Shown here: one piece after another, positions 17,324 through 26,294 of the stretch | Numbering within the stretch: the stretch's first letter is position 1 | Layout of the letters: each line of letters opens with the position of its first letter | Notes under the pieces: model-generated | What the model was told of the DNA's origin: nothing | The model's database searches: none | Seen by the model: the letters and a program-made list of their open reading frames with translations, nothing else | Made by a program: the position numbers and the translations under genes | IMG/VR virus record: IMGVR_UViG_3300009502_000034 | Span: 14,566 to 78,565 of that record | Length of the DNA stretch: 64,000 nucleotides | From: a virus | Direction: 5' to 3' (one strand)

Positions 17324-20300
17324 ATGTGGATGAGATATGGTTCTCTTGTTGACATTAGTGTTTTAAACGAGAAAGAATTAACAGAAACAGGCATGATCAA
17401 AACAGCCAATCTAGCAAATGAGTGGAGAGAAATAGTAAAGAAGTCGTACACTCTTCCAACTTATGAAATACATGGCGAGTTAGATATGGACAACTTCGTG
17501 TACTTTCGTGCTAGGGCAATTTCTGCGGGTGAGAAATATAGTTGCAACGGTAACGGAGATTATTTCCCAGCCGAAGAAATTAAGAAATCTATAGGGACGT
17601 TTGTAGGAAAAGGATTTTACATAGAACATAAATCCGATGATCCAGATAAAGCCGTCGGTATTATAGTATCAGCTAAGTATCTAGAGCCGGTCGACTACGC
17701 AGAATGCATAGTTGCCGTCAGCAAGAAAGATGCACCAGATGTTTGTGAAGAGCTTATTAATCATCGTCTTAATGCAGTAAGCATGGGTTGTTTTTTAGCC
17801 GGGACCCCGGTGTTGCTATCAGACGGTGTCTCTGTCCCGATAGAAACGGTAGATGAGGGAAGTGAAGTAATATCGCACACAGGCAAGAATAGAGTTGTTA
17901 CCCATGCAATTAAACAACACTATTCTGGAGATCTCTATAAAGTAAGTGTAAATGGTAATGGGAACGCCACCATAAACGCAACAGCGGAACACCCATTTTA
18001 TGCCATAGTTAAAAATAAAAAGTGTGTGTGTGGATGCGGTAGTGAGCTCCCTCAGAAAACAAATTCTTCTAAGAGGTCTTTTGATAGGCAATACATAACT
18101 GGTCATCATCAAAATGTAAAGAACAGCAATCCTAAGGCGGCTACTGCGTTATTAGAAGCTGTAGAGACAAAGATAGAGCCAAAGTTTGTTGAGGTAAAAG
18201 AATTAACGGTTGGCGATCTTCTGTTATGTCCGGTGTCATGCGATATTGTGGACTCAGGCATCACGGAAGGCCAAATGAAACTCATAGGTTACTTTTTGGC
18301 AGAGGGAAACTATCTTAAGCGTCAAGGTTCAGTTAGTGCTATTCAGTTTAATTTAAATAGCAATGAAGAATTTACTCTCGCAGAAGATATTATCAACTTA
18401 ATTAAAAAAGAGTTTAACATAGTTGCCAAAAAATATTTTTATACCACGAGACTGAGTTCTATGACCGTGCAGGCATGCGGCAAGGACCTGGCGCAGTGGT
18501 TTTACAAGCATTGTGGTGAATATTCTCATGGTAAGAAAATATCTTATGAGGTAGTACAAGAAGATCCGAAAAAACAGATCTCTCTGTTGGCTGGTTGGCT
18601 TAATGGAGATGGGCATTTACATATAGATGACACACGTAAAACATTAACAGAGTGTACGACTTCTCCACTGCTAATAGAACAGTTAAGATATGTAGCCGCA
18701 AGATGTGGGATTCGTACGTATGTATCTGTCGCATCACAGAGGGAAAATAGGATGCAAGCATACACGCTTGGGTTTTCTTTACCGTGTTCTAGTGAACTGA
18801 TAAAGAAAACCAAATGGTCATCCGAAAAAATTGATTTTGGTGATCCAAGCATAGCAAGCAAATTTGATAATTATTTAACATATCCTATAACAAATATAGA
18901 AAAAGAACATTATGATGGTATGGTTTATAATTTAGAAGTTGCGGATGACAACTCTTATATTGCCGGTGGGGTTAGTGTGCATAATTGTCTTTGCCATGAA
19001 GCCCAGTGTAGCGTGTGCGGAAATGTGGCACATAACAATGACACCTTGTGCATGCACATGAAGCCTTATCTGGACGCAAAGGGAGAGATTCCTAACCCAT
19101 CATTCATAAAGGGTAGGGAAGTATCTGCAGCGGTCTCAGTATTCAGCGGTATTAAGGCATTCAATGGAAGACACGTTGCATACGAAATTAACAGAAAATT
19201 AATATTCAATGAACTGTCCGGCGTTAAGAAACCTGCGGATAGGGATGCGAATATTTATACGAACACGATTATAGCAAATAAAAGGGAGGAAATAACCATG
19301 CCAGGAGAAAACCTGTTAGATAAGCTTTCTTATAACGATTATAAGAATCTTAAAAAGGCGCTTGCTGAAGATGATGATGAATTTATCACCAAGATAGCCA
19401 AGAAGATTAAGGCTGAAATAGGCGAGACCGTAAAGAAAGAAGAAGAAAAAGAGGCAAAGAAGGACGAAGACAAAGAGAAGAAAGGTGACGATACTCCAGC
19501 TAAAGAAGAAAAAAAGCCGGAGGCTGCTAAGGTAGAGCCAGAGAAAAAGGCTCCCGAAGACGCAAAAGGTCAGATGAACAAGGTTAAAGAAGAAATTAAG
19601 GATCTTAAAGAAGAAATTAAGGAAGTAAAGGAAGAAATCAAAGAAGTAAAGGTTGATGTGTCAGAAGTGTCTAATGAAGAAAAGGCTGAAGTAAAAGAGG
19701 AAAAGAAGGAGGGCGAGGAAGAAGCAGCGGAAGTGCCAGAAGAAGCAGGAGAAGATAAACTTGAGATGAGCGATGATGAGCTGCAAAAAGCACTCGACGA
19801 AATCAATAGCGGCACGGAAGAGGGCGCACCAGCCGAGGGAGCACCGGCAGCACTTAGCGCAGAGGCTCCAGTTCCTGAAGCAAGTAATTTACTGCCAGAG
19901 GCCGAGGGAGCACCCCTTGCAGCTGCGGCATCACAAAATAGCAATATAAAGGAGGGAAACATCATGAATCTAGTTTATGTACCAGGATCAACATTTGAAA
20001 CGTCATATTTTGTCGCCTCAAACGATAAAGGGGATAAAAAGGCTCTTAAGGCTTCAGAGGTAATCCCGGCCGCAATTCAGGAAAAAATACTAAAAGAGGC
20101 CACCGATGTTCCTAAGACAGAAGATGTTATAGCGAACATTGTTAAGGCTTGCGAATCATCTTATGATAATTTTGTTAAGATGGCAAGCGACAAAGAAGGA
20201 TTTTCTAAGAAAGCGTATGACTTCTTTGCTTTTAAAATGGAGAATGCGCCTAAGTCTGAAAATGGCACAGAACCCATCATGGCTCTAAATGAGAAAGAAG

Positions 20301-20806
20301 TGGCGAGTAAAGAAAAGGCCACAAGGTCAGCGCCCAAAACCATATCGACCTACTACAATAGGTTGCCTGGTTCCACAGTTGCTGAGCCAGAAATAGCTCT
20401 TAATCTTAAGAGTGCTCTTGATGAAACTACAAAGACCGTTGAAAGCTTAAAGAAAATAATTGCTGAGAAAGATGCAACCATCTCTAAGCTCTCTACCGAC
20501 CTTGACGTAGTTTCGAAGAAAGTGAAAGCAGAAGATGTATCAAAGGTACTTGAAGGCGTCACTGTCACCGACGAAGACAAAACCAGACTTTCAGAACAGC
20601 TTTCAACCCTTAGCGAACCTCAGCTTGCACTGGTTAATGAGATAGTTAAGACAGCAAAAGTAAGGGAAGTAAGGGCTTCAATCTCCGCAGGTGATAATGC
20701 ACCTCAGATAATCAAAGATGAGACCGGAAACGAATCGCCAGTTGAATCTTTAATTCATACTTGGATCGACCTCACGGACGCCAAGAATTCTAGCAACGAG
20801 CAGTAA
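17324..20806 (+). CDS. prohead (capsid maturation) serine protease fused to acidic/coiled-coil scaffold, intein-containing
   Basis: NGNGDYF, EH..D, VSMG-C, CSVCGN, FNELSGVKKPAD motifs; E/K-rich scaffold-like C-half; directly upstream of the decoration and capsid genes. Confidence 0.82.
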   Translation: MWMRYGSLVDISVLNEKELTETGMIKTANLANEWREIVKKSYTLPTYEIHGELDMDNFVYFRARAISAGEKYSCNGNGDYFPAEEIKKSIGTFVGKGFYIEHKSDDPDKAVGIIVSAKYLEPVDYAECIVAVSKKDAPDVCEELINHRLNAVSMGCFLAGTPVLLSDGVSVPIETVDEGSEVISHTGKNRVVTHAIKQHYSGDLYKVSVNGNGNATINATAEHPFYAIVKNKKCVCGCGSELPQKTNSSKRSFDRQYITGHHQNVKNSNPKAATALLEAVETKIEPKFVEVKELTVGDLLLCPVSCDIVDSGITEGQMKLIGYFLAEGNYLKRQGSVSAIQFNLNSNEEFTLAEDIINLIKKEFNIVAKKYFYTTRLSSMTVQACGKDLAQWFYKHCGEYSHGKKISYEVVQEDPKKQISLLAGWLNGDGHLHIDDTRKTLTECTTSPLLIEQLRYVAARCGIRTYVSVASQRENRMQAYTLGFSLPCSSELIKKTKWSSEKIDFGDPSIASKFDNYLTYPITNIEKEHYDGMVYNLEVADDNSYIAGGVSVHNCLCHEAQCSVCGNVAHNNDTLCMHMKPYLDAKGEIPNPSFIKGREVSAAVSVFSGIKAFNGRHVAYEINRKLIFNELSGVKKPADRDANIYTNTIIANKREEITMPGENLLDKLSYNDYKNLKKALAEDDDEFITKIAKKIKAEIGETVKKEEEKEAKKDEDKEKKGDDTPAKEEKKPEAAKVEPEKKAPEDAKGQMNKVKEEIKDLKEEIKEVKEEIKEVKVDVSEVSNEEKAEVKEEKKEGEEEAAEVPEEAGEDKLEMSDDELQKALDEINSGTEEGAPAEGAPAALSAEAPVPEASNLLPEAEGAPLAAAASQNSNIKEGNIMNLVYVPGSTFETSYFVASNDKGDKKALKASEVIPAAIQEKILKEATDVPKTEDVIANIVKACESSYDNFVKMASDKEGFSKKAYDFFAFKMENAPKSENGTEPIMALNEKEVASKEKATRSAPKTISTYYNRLPGSTVAEPEIALNLKSALDETTKTVESLKKIIAEKDATISKLSTDLDVVSKKVKAEDVSKVLEGVTVTDEDKTRLSEQLSTLSEPQLALVNEIVKTAKVREVRASISAGDNAPQIIKDETGNESPVESLIHTWIDLTDAKNSSNEQ
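17789..18985 (+). mobile_element. intein with LAGLIDADG endonuclease in prohead protease (399 aa)
   Basis: CFLAGTPV start; TAEHPF block B; LIGYFLAEGN and LAGWLNGDG; VYNLEV...SVHN followed by Cys +1. Confidence 0.92.
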
Positions 20807-20832
20807 AATTTAATTAAGGAGGAAGACGGTTT

Positions 20833-21342
20833 ATGATAAACGAAAGTTTGAACCAAACAATATTCACGCATGGCATAAATATTGAAAAAGCCCTGCTTGA
20901 ATGGAACGATGCCACCGTTACCGCAGCGGTTACCATTAACGCCGGCGGATGCGTAAGGCTCGATTCTACCACAGGTCCTGCAACACTCGTCCCCGTCACT
21001 ACGGACGTGAAGGTTCTTGGTCTTGCGAAATCCAACAAGAACATCTATGTCGACGAAGTCGGCGGGGCACTCGGAGGTATCTACGGCTCTGGGAAAATGG
21101 GAGTAATAATCAAAGGCATAGTAACACTTATGTCTAACTACTACCAGGATCCAGTAACCGGGGTTATCAATGAGTTCAAAACCTTTGACGGAACTTCGTT
21201 CACAAAAGGTGCCGCAGTATATGCGTCAGCCACAAGCATCATCAATACTACTGGTGCTTCTGGTACGACTAACTGTAAAGTTGGATCAGTGCTGGATTAC
21301 AATAGCACGACCAAAACACTTCAAATTCTAGTTGACTGCTAA
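20833..21342 (+). CDS. head decoration / capsid cement protein
   Basis: position between protease/scaffold and capsid; GSGKMGV...G motif; 169 aa, G/T-rich. Confidence 0.65.
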   Translation: MINESLNQTIFTHGINIEKALLEWNDATVTAAVTINAGGCVRLDSTTGPATLVPVTTDVKVLGLAKSNKNIYVDEVGGALGGIYGSGKMGVIIKGIVTLMSNYYQDPVTGVINEFKTFDGTSFTKGAAVYASATSIINTTGASGTTNCKVGSVLDYNSTTKTLQILVDC

Positions 21343-21359
21343 TAAAGGAGGAGAATAAT

Positions 21360-21569
21360 ATGATAGGCAAACTTTCCAATCTAACATCGAGAGACAAGGA
21401 TAATTTCATCAAAGAATTGATGAAAGTATCCGAAAAAGTCCTCGGCGAAGAAGGCATGACTAAATCAGCTTCAGCGACCGTACCGTACAACGCTATGTCG
21501 ACGAAGGCTGAATCTGCTTTCAACGCAATTTTCACAGGCCCCAACGGCCTTAAGAGGGTCGCATTCGCT
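21360..21569 (+). CDS. major capsid protein, exon 1 (70 aa)
   Basis: AAGGAGGAG RBS; ends ...GLKRVAFA and joins in frame to MQVPLKNRLDY after intron removal. Confidence 0.8.
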
Positions 21570-22458
21570 AGACAGTAGTATGGCGCTTTTACGGGAAACC
21601 GTAACCGAAACGTGAAATATGCTAGGAACTCCTTAGAGCCTCAACCACCGAAGAGTTAAAGTGTTGAGGATTGGACAACCAGCAGGAGGTTCAAGATGGG
21701 ACATAAAAGAGTAAACAATCTCGCAATGACTTATGAGTTGGGATATGTGATAGGCGTATATTTTGGCGATGGTAGCATATGCAGTAGTGCCACCGAACAA
21801 AATAAGGGCAAGTCCTGGTTCTCTTTAACTACTATAGATTTAGAGTTTGCAGAGTATGTTAAAGAGTGTTTGTCTATGTTTGTTGGTCCAATAGAAGGCG
21901 GGATCAATCACTACATAGATAAGAGATCTGGGAGAAAGCCGCAGAATCACTTGAGGGTAACTGCTTCAGATTTCTGTAGAGCAATATCGACAATCACAAT
22001 GAATAAGACAAAGATACCAGAGATCGTTTACAATCATCAATCAGTCAAACAAGGTTTCATAGAAGGCTTCCTTGATTCTGAGGGATGGGTAAGCAAAACT
22101 AAAGAAATTTGTAACAATCCAAAATCTAAGTATTATGGACACAATCAATATAGAATAGGTTTTGGTTGTACAAATAAAGAAGTAATGAAGATAATGGGAA
22201 ACTTTCTTTTTGAGTTTGGAGTTCAGATAAATCAGATGAATGAGGCTCCAATACCGTCAGGAAAGACATTTTATCGTTACTTCATGAATATAGATAGTTT
22301 TGTTAACTCACCGCTCAAGTTCATAATTAAGAGGAAGCAAGATAGATTGATTGAATATAAAAGTCTTATCACCTCCCCAGAGACTACCAATCACAGCCCG
22401 CAGAAATAGGGTTAAGGTATAGTCCGATCTTCATAGAAATATGAAGCTAACAGAAATG
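21570..22458 (+). mobile_element. group I intron (889 nt) in major capsid gene
   Basis: P1 CGCU|A pairs with UGGCG giving U.G at the splice site; R CAGAGACTA 22378-86, S AAGGTATAGTCC 22414-25, P9 CTTCATA-GAAA-TATGAAG, terminal G 22458. Confidence 0.88.
21696..22409 (+). CDS. intron-encoded LAGLIDADG homing endonuclease
   Basis: YVIGVYFGDGS and FIEGFLDSEGW motifs; AGGAGG RBS inside the intron. Confidence 0.9.
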   Translation: MGHKRVNNLAMTYELGYVIGVYFGDGSICSSATEQNKGKSWFSLTTIDLEFAEYVKECLSMFVGPIEGGINHYIDKRSGRKPQNHLRVTASDFCRAISTITMNKTKIPEIVYNHQSVKQGFIEGFLDSEGWVSKTKEICNNPKSKYYGHNQYRIGFGCTNKEVMKIMGNFLFEFGVQINQMNEAPIPSGKTFYRYFMNIDSFVNSPLKFIIKRKQDRLIEYKSLITSPETTNHSPQK

Positions 22459-23226
22459 ATGCAGGTCCCTCTTAAGAACCGTCTTGACTACGTGGCAATC
22501 GGCCGTAACAGAATGATCCTCGTAGACGAAATACCTCAGGGTGAGGTGCCAATATACGACCTTGATATTCCTGAATTCGGCGCCGTTACTATCGCTTCTC
22601 GTGGAGAACCACCCCACTTTCAAACGAACATCAAAAGGCTCCAGTTCCCCACTTTCCCTCTTACCATCGATCATGAGTTGAAATGGGAAGAGATTCAGAT
22701 TCGTAGATATCCTGCATTTGATAGGGCGAAGGAACGTGTTGCCATATCAATGGCTATTGCAGAAGACGATCTGATAATCTCCACGCTTGCAACCGCAGTA
22801 AAGAACGGTCCCAACACTTCGTTCACAGCTTCTTCCGTGACAAGGTATGCTATAGCGGATGCTTTCAAACAGATCCTCAGCAACCAGTTAATAGTCGGCG
22901 GAATTGCGATGAACCCAGCGCAGTATGCGGACATTCTTAAATGGAATACCAGCGACCTTGACCAGGTTTCCGTAAATACCATAATCGAGACTGGGCTTTT
23001 CGGCTCAATCTTTGGTTCCAAAATGATGGTCTCCACCAGGATACCAGCAGGAACAGTTTATGTTTTTACTACTCCTGACAAGCTCGGAAGGCTTCCAGAA
23101 CGTAAGGGTGTTGAAGTCAAGATATTTGACAACATACCTAGGGCGCAATATGATATAGTTGGTTTCGAGCAGATCGGAATCGGCATTCATAATACGGCCG
23201 GCATTACCAGCTTTACGATCGCTTAA
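22459..23226 (+). CDS. major capsid protein (HK97 fold), exon 2; spliced product 325 aa
   Basis: PLKNRLDY..IGR, FPTF, DRAKE...AEDD, MNPAQYADI, G.IFGSKMMVSTRIPAGTVY, EQIGIGIHN capsid-like motifs; strong terminator follows. Confidence 0.85.
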   Translation: MQVPLKNRLDYVAIGRNRMILVDEIPQGEVPIYDLDIPEFGAVTIASRGEPPHFQTNIKRLQFPTFPLTIDHELKWEEIQIRRYPAFDRAKERVAISMAIAEDDLIISTLATAVKNGPNTSFTASSVTRYAIADAFKQILSNQLIVGGIAMNPAQYADILKWNTSDLDQVSVNTIIETGLFGSIFGSKMMVSTRIPAGTVYVFTTPDKLGRLPERKGVEVKIFDNIPRAQYDIVGFEQIGIGIHNTAGITSFTIA

Positions 23227-23239
23227 TACCGTTTGACAG

Positions 23240-23276
23240 ATAGGGAGTGTGGTTCTACTCCACACTCCCTATTTTA
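23240..23276 (+). terminator. intrinsic terminator after capsid gene
   Basis: ATAGGGAGTGTGG-ttctact-CCACACTCCCTAT followed by TTT. Confidence 0.85.
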
Positions 23277-23299
23277 AAATGAAAAGAATGGAGGACGAT

Positions 23300-23668
23300 A
23301 TGAAAATCAAGCTAAGTATGCGACTTAAGCTATACTGGTTGTACGCTAAGTTGTTCGTGTTTAACCCGCCATATAGCGCCATAAAGTATATGATAAAAAA
23401 AATCACTAATTATATATCGTTTATTACTAGGTCATCAGTGGTTTTTATTTTATCATATATTATAACATATGAAGTTCTTGCAGCAGCTCTTTTGAGGAAA
23501 AGCAATAAGAGTGTAAAACTATTGCAAGAACTTTTTGATTTTAATACAGAGATAGAAAAAATAATCAATAAGCTAACATTTGAGCCTCTCCCAGAAATTA
23601 AACCGGAAGAACAAGAAAAGTTAGCAGCCGAAGCCGAACCAGTAAAGCCTTCGTGGCTTAAAAAATAG
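23300..23668 (+). CDS. hypothetical protein, possibly membrane-associated
   Basis: GGAGG RBS before in-frame ATG 23300; hydrophobic central segment. Confidence 0.45.
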   Translation: MKIKLSMRLKLYWLYAKLFVFNPPYSAIKYMIKKITNYISFITRSSVVFILSYIITYEVLAAALLRKSNKSVKLLQELFDFNTEIEKIINKLTFEPLPEIKPEEQEKLAAEAEPVKPSWLKK

Positions 23669-23690
23669 AACCTGAACCGAGGAGGAACAT

Positions 23691-24380
23691 ATGAAGTTTG
23701 TAAATTTGACCGAAACGATTGTACTTCTGTATGACGATTCTAAGATGCATGGGCAGATAATGCCGGGTGGAATTTCCCTGGATATAGACGATAAAGTTGT
23801 AAAGGAATCTACCGCTATTCAGAAATTCTTGATGAATGGGATAATTAAAGAATACGAGGGAGAGAAGGTTAAAGAAAGAACCCCTCGCCTTAGCGTCCCT
23901 TCAGTTATAGCAAAAGAGTCAATAAACAGGCCAGACAGCACAATAGAGACAGTGGCGCAGCCTCCGCAGGTGAAAGTACAGGCTCACGTCGCAGCGGTTA
24001 TACCAGACATAGAATCAATGGATTTTGTGCCAGGACTTGGTGACGAAGGTGAGATGGTCATTAAGAGTAAGAAAGACCCAATAGGCGGGACATCTGAAAA
24101 GATATCCACGGTTATTAAAGAAAGAACAACAAAGGCCGGTAAGGCGCTAAAGGCATCTCTGGAAAAGGCCGAAGAAGATATTATGGCTGATAGGGCAGAA
24201 AGAGAGAAGCAGGCTAACGCTCCTGAGGAAATTAAGAAATTTATAGCTCAGAAATTTATGGCTAAAAAATGGGCTATATTAAAGTCTTTAGACAAAGAGT
24301 TCCTGAAGACCATAGCAGATTATGATAGTTCTGTCGCAGCTCTTGTTGAGCAGAGATTAACAGAACTAGAAAAAAACTAA
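23691..24380 (+). CDS. hypothetical protein
   Basis: GAGGAGG RBS; 229 aa. Confidence 0.55.
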   Translation: MKFVNLTETIVLLYDDSKMHGQIMPGGISLDIDDKVVKESTAIQKFLMNGIIKEYEGEKVKERTPRLSVPSVIAKESINRPDSTIETVAQPPQVKVQAHVAAVIPDIESMDFVPGLGDEGEMVIKSKKDPIGGTSEKISTVIKERTTKAGKALKASLEKAEEDIMADRAEREKQANAPEEIKKFIAQKFMAKKWAILKSLDKEFLKTIADYDSSVAALVEQRLTELEKN

Positions 24381-24399
24381 GCTTTTTAAAGGAGCTGAT

Positions 24400-24909
24400 A
24401 TGAACGTCAAAGTGAATCTCCGTGTGTATAAGAGAACAGATGAACAGATCATTTTGTTCTGGAATAATGATATGCTGAACGACGATCAGACGGGCTCCGT
24501 CAAGATTTATCTCATAGATAAGTCAGAGGAATCCGAAGATCCTAGTCCAAAAGACGTTAAGGATATGAAGGAAATAAAGTTTCTTAGCGCAGATGCAAAC
24601 AAGCTTAAGGATTTGGGCACAGCCAAGAACGTTTCAATAGCTGTTATAGATCAGGCTGAAAATGGTATAGACTCGAGCAGAAGCGTACTTATTAGATTGG
24701 AGCTAGGTGTTGCTAGCAAGATAACATCTTTCCTGAGAATCTCTCCTGCCGGGGTATTGCCCATGTTTGAGAGGGATTCAAAAAATCAGCATGTTCAGTT
24801 ATTTGGCTTTTGCAAGGAGAAGAACATGTGGGGGAAGGTGCCTCTTGTTAAAACAAAATCTGGCCAATACGCAATCCCTATGGTGATTATAGAAGACCAG
24901 ACTAAATAA
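24400..24909 (+). CDS. hypothetical protein (beta-rich)
   Basis: AAGGAG RBS; 169 aa. Confidence 0.5.
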   Translation: MNVKVNLRVYKRTDEQIILFWNNDMLNDDQTGSVKIYLIDKSEESEDPSPKDVKDMKEIKFLSADANKLKDLGTAKNVSIAVIDQAENGIDSSRSVLIRLELGVASKITSFLRISPAGVLPMFERDSKNQHVQLFGFCKEKNMWGKVPLVKTKSGQYAIPMVIIEDQTK

Positions 24910-24921
24910 AATGGAGAGGCT

Positions 24922-25656
24922 ATGAGTATTTCGATTTTTTGGGACATACCTGTTGCTATTATTAACACTCAGAATTTCGACAAAGTTAATATTTATAAAA
25001 GCACTGGAGAAAATTCAGATTACTCTCTATTGGTGCAAATCGATTCAAAGACGGCTGGTGCTTGGGTTAGGTCTTATACAGACATTTCCCCAGACGCTAG
25101 CCGCTCTCTTTTCTATCTCATAAAGTTTTTTGATTCAGTGGCTAATGTTGAGACACAATTTTATTTAACATTCTTCCCATTGACGCCGAAAGAGTTAAGA
25201 TTAACGTCTTGGCTTCGTGGCTGGCTTCCATCAATTATGCTTCAAAATACGACCGATGAAACGTTGCGTGTAGCTTTAACAATGGCGGTACACAATTTTA
25301 ACGTCTATCCCCCGGAAACTAGATTCACCATAGATAATTTTCCAGAAGAGTATCTTGGGTTGTTAATCATGCAGGCACAGATAACGTTCTGTATGTATTC
25401 ATATATTGGCATAGGTATTAAAGATTTTAGTTATGGAGATCAGGGCCTGTCTCTAACAATAGACAGGGGCGAGAAGATACGCAGTGCAATGGAAGACGTT
25501 TTAAAAGTTTACAACGAACTTCTTAGCATATCTAAGCTTAATTTTATGAGCATGGGCATTGGAATGGGCACGACACAACTTCCTGTTTCGCTCGGCGGAA
25601 ACCTCGGTAGAAATACACTTTCTGTGCTGGATATCTTCCAAAGCCTTGGTAGGTAA
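24922..25656 (+). CDS. putative head-tail adaptor / head completion protein
   Basis: N-terminal FN3-like segment; HNFNVYPP and DFSYGDQGLSLTIDR motifs; position after capsid. Confidence 0.55.
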   Translation: MSISIFWDIPVAIINTQNFDKVNIYKSTGENSDYSLLVQIDSKTAGAWVRSYTDISPDASRSLFYLIKFFDSVANVETQFYLTFFPLTPKELRLTSWLRGWLPSIMLQNTTDETLRVALTMAVHNFNVYPPETRFTIDNFPEEYLGLLIMQAQITFCMYSYIGIGIKDFSYGDQGLSLTIDRGEKIRSAMEDVLKVYNELLSISKLNFMSMGIGMGTTQLPVSLGGNLGRNTLSVLDIFQSLGR

Positions 25657-25734
25657 AGGGGTTTTATCGAGATAATGGATGGTACATATAAACAAAAGAT
25701 AAATAAATTTATCTTCCAAAACTAGGAGACCAAT

Positions 25735-25986
25735 ATGAAATGGATAAAAAAGGCAGCACTGAGTGAGCAGGATATAGATGCAATGATTGCCAGCCTTACT
25801 GATATTAAGGTTGCAGCGTCAGGCGTGTATTCTAAATTGACAGGACTTGGCGGCGTAGAAATAGGTCTTGCCAGACAATTTGTGTCTGATGCGTCTGTTA
25901 AACTTGACGGACTCATACAAAAACTTCAGGCGCAAAAAGTGCCTGTGCAACTTGAGCTACCACTAGATTCAAATAAGCCACAATAA
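25735..25986 (+). CDS. small protein, MKWIKKAA start and C-terminal QLELPL
   Basis: AGGAG RBS; motifs shared with 16249..16461. Confidence 0.55.
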   Translation: MKWIKKAALSEQDIDAMIASLTDIKVAASGVYSKLTGLGGVEIGLARQFVSDASVKLDGLIQKLQAQKVPVQLELPLDSNKPQ

Positions 25987-25997
25987 AGGAGACTAAT

Positions 25998-26294
25998 ATG
26001 GCAGATATCAATGAGTTAGAAAAGAGACTTGCGAAGCTGGAAGAGGGCTTTAATAAGCTCGCATCTATAATTATACAAGCGTCTGAGGAAAAGAAGGCTT
26101 CGTCAGACGTTATTCCACCTCACGTAGCTCTTGCTGGTGAGGGAGCCTCTGCTGGTTACCTGGCTTCAAATTATAACGGTGATGATGATGCTATGGAACT
26201 TGGCATGCTTATGGCCGGTGCAGATGCTGAACACGCTGCTAAAATAGAGCGTCAAGCTTCCCTGTTTAAAAATTCTGTTAAGGAACAGGAGTAA
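25998..26294 (+). CDS. hypothetical protein
   Basis: AAGGAG RBS. Confidence 0.5.
   Translation: MADINELEKRLAKLEEGFNKLASIIIQASEEKKASSDVIPPHVALAGEGASAGYLASNYNGDDDAMELGMLMAGADAEHAAKIERQASLFKNSVKEQE

Noticed and set aside
23233-23260. TTGACA at 23233 as a sigma70 promoter, and ORF start at 23249
   Set aside because: It overlaps the capsid terminator hairpin with no good -10; the gene more plausibly starts at 23300 after GGAGG.
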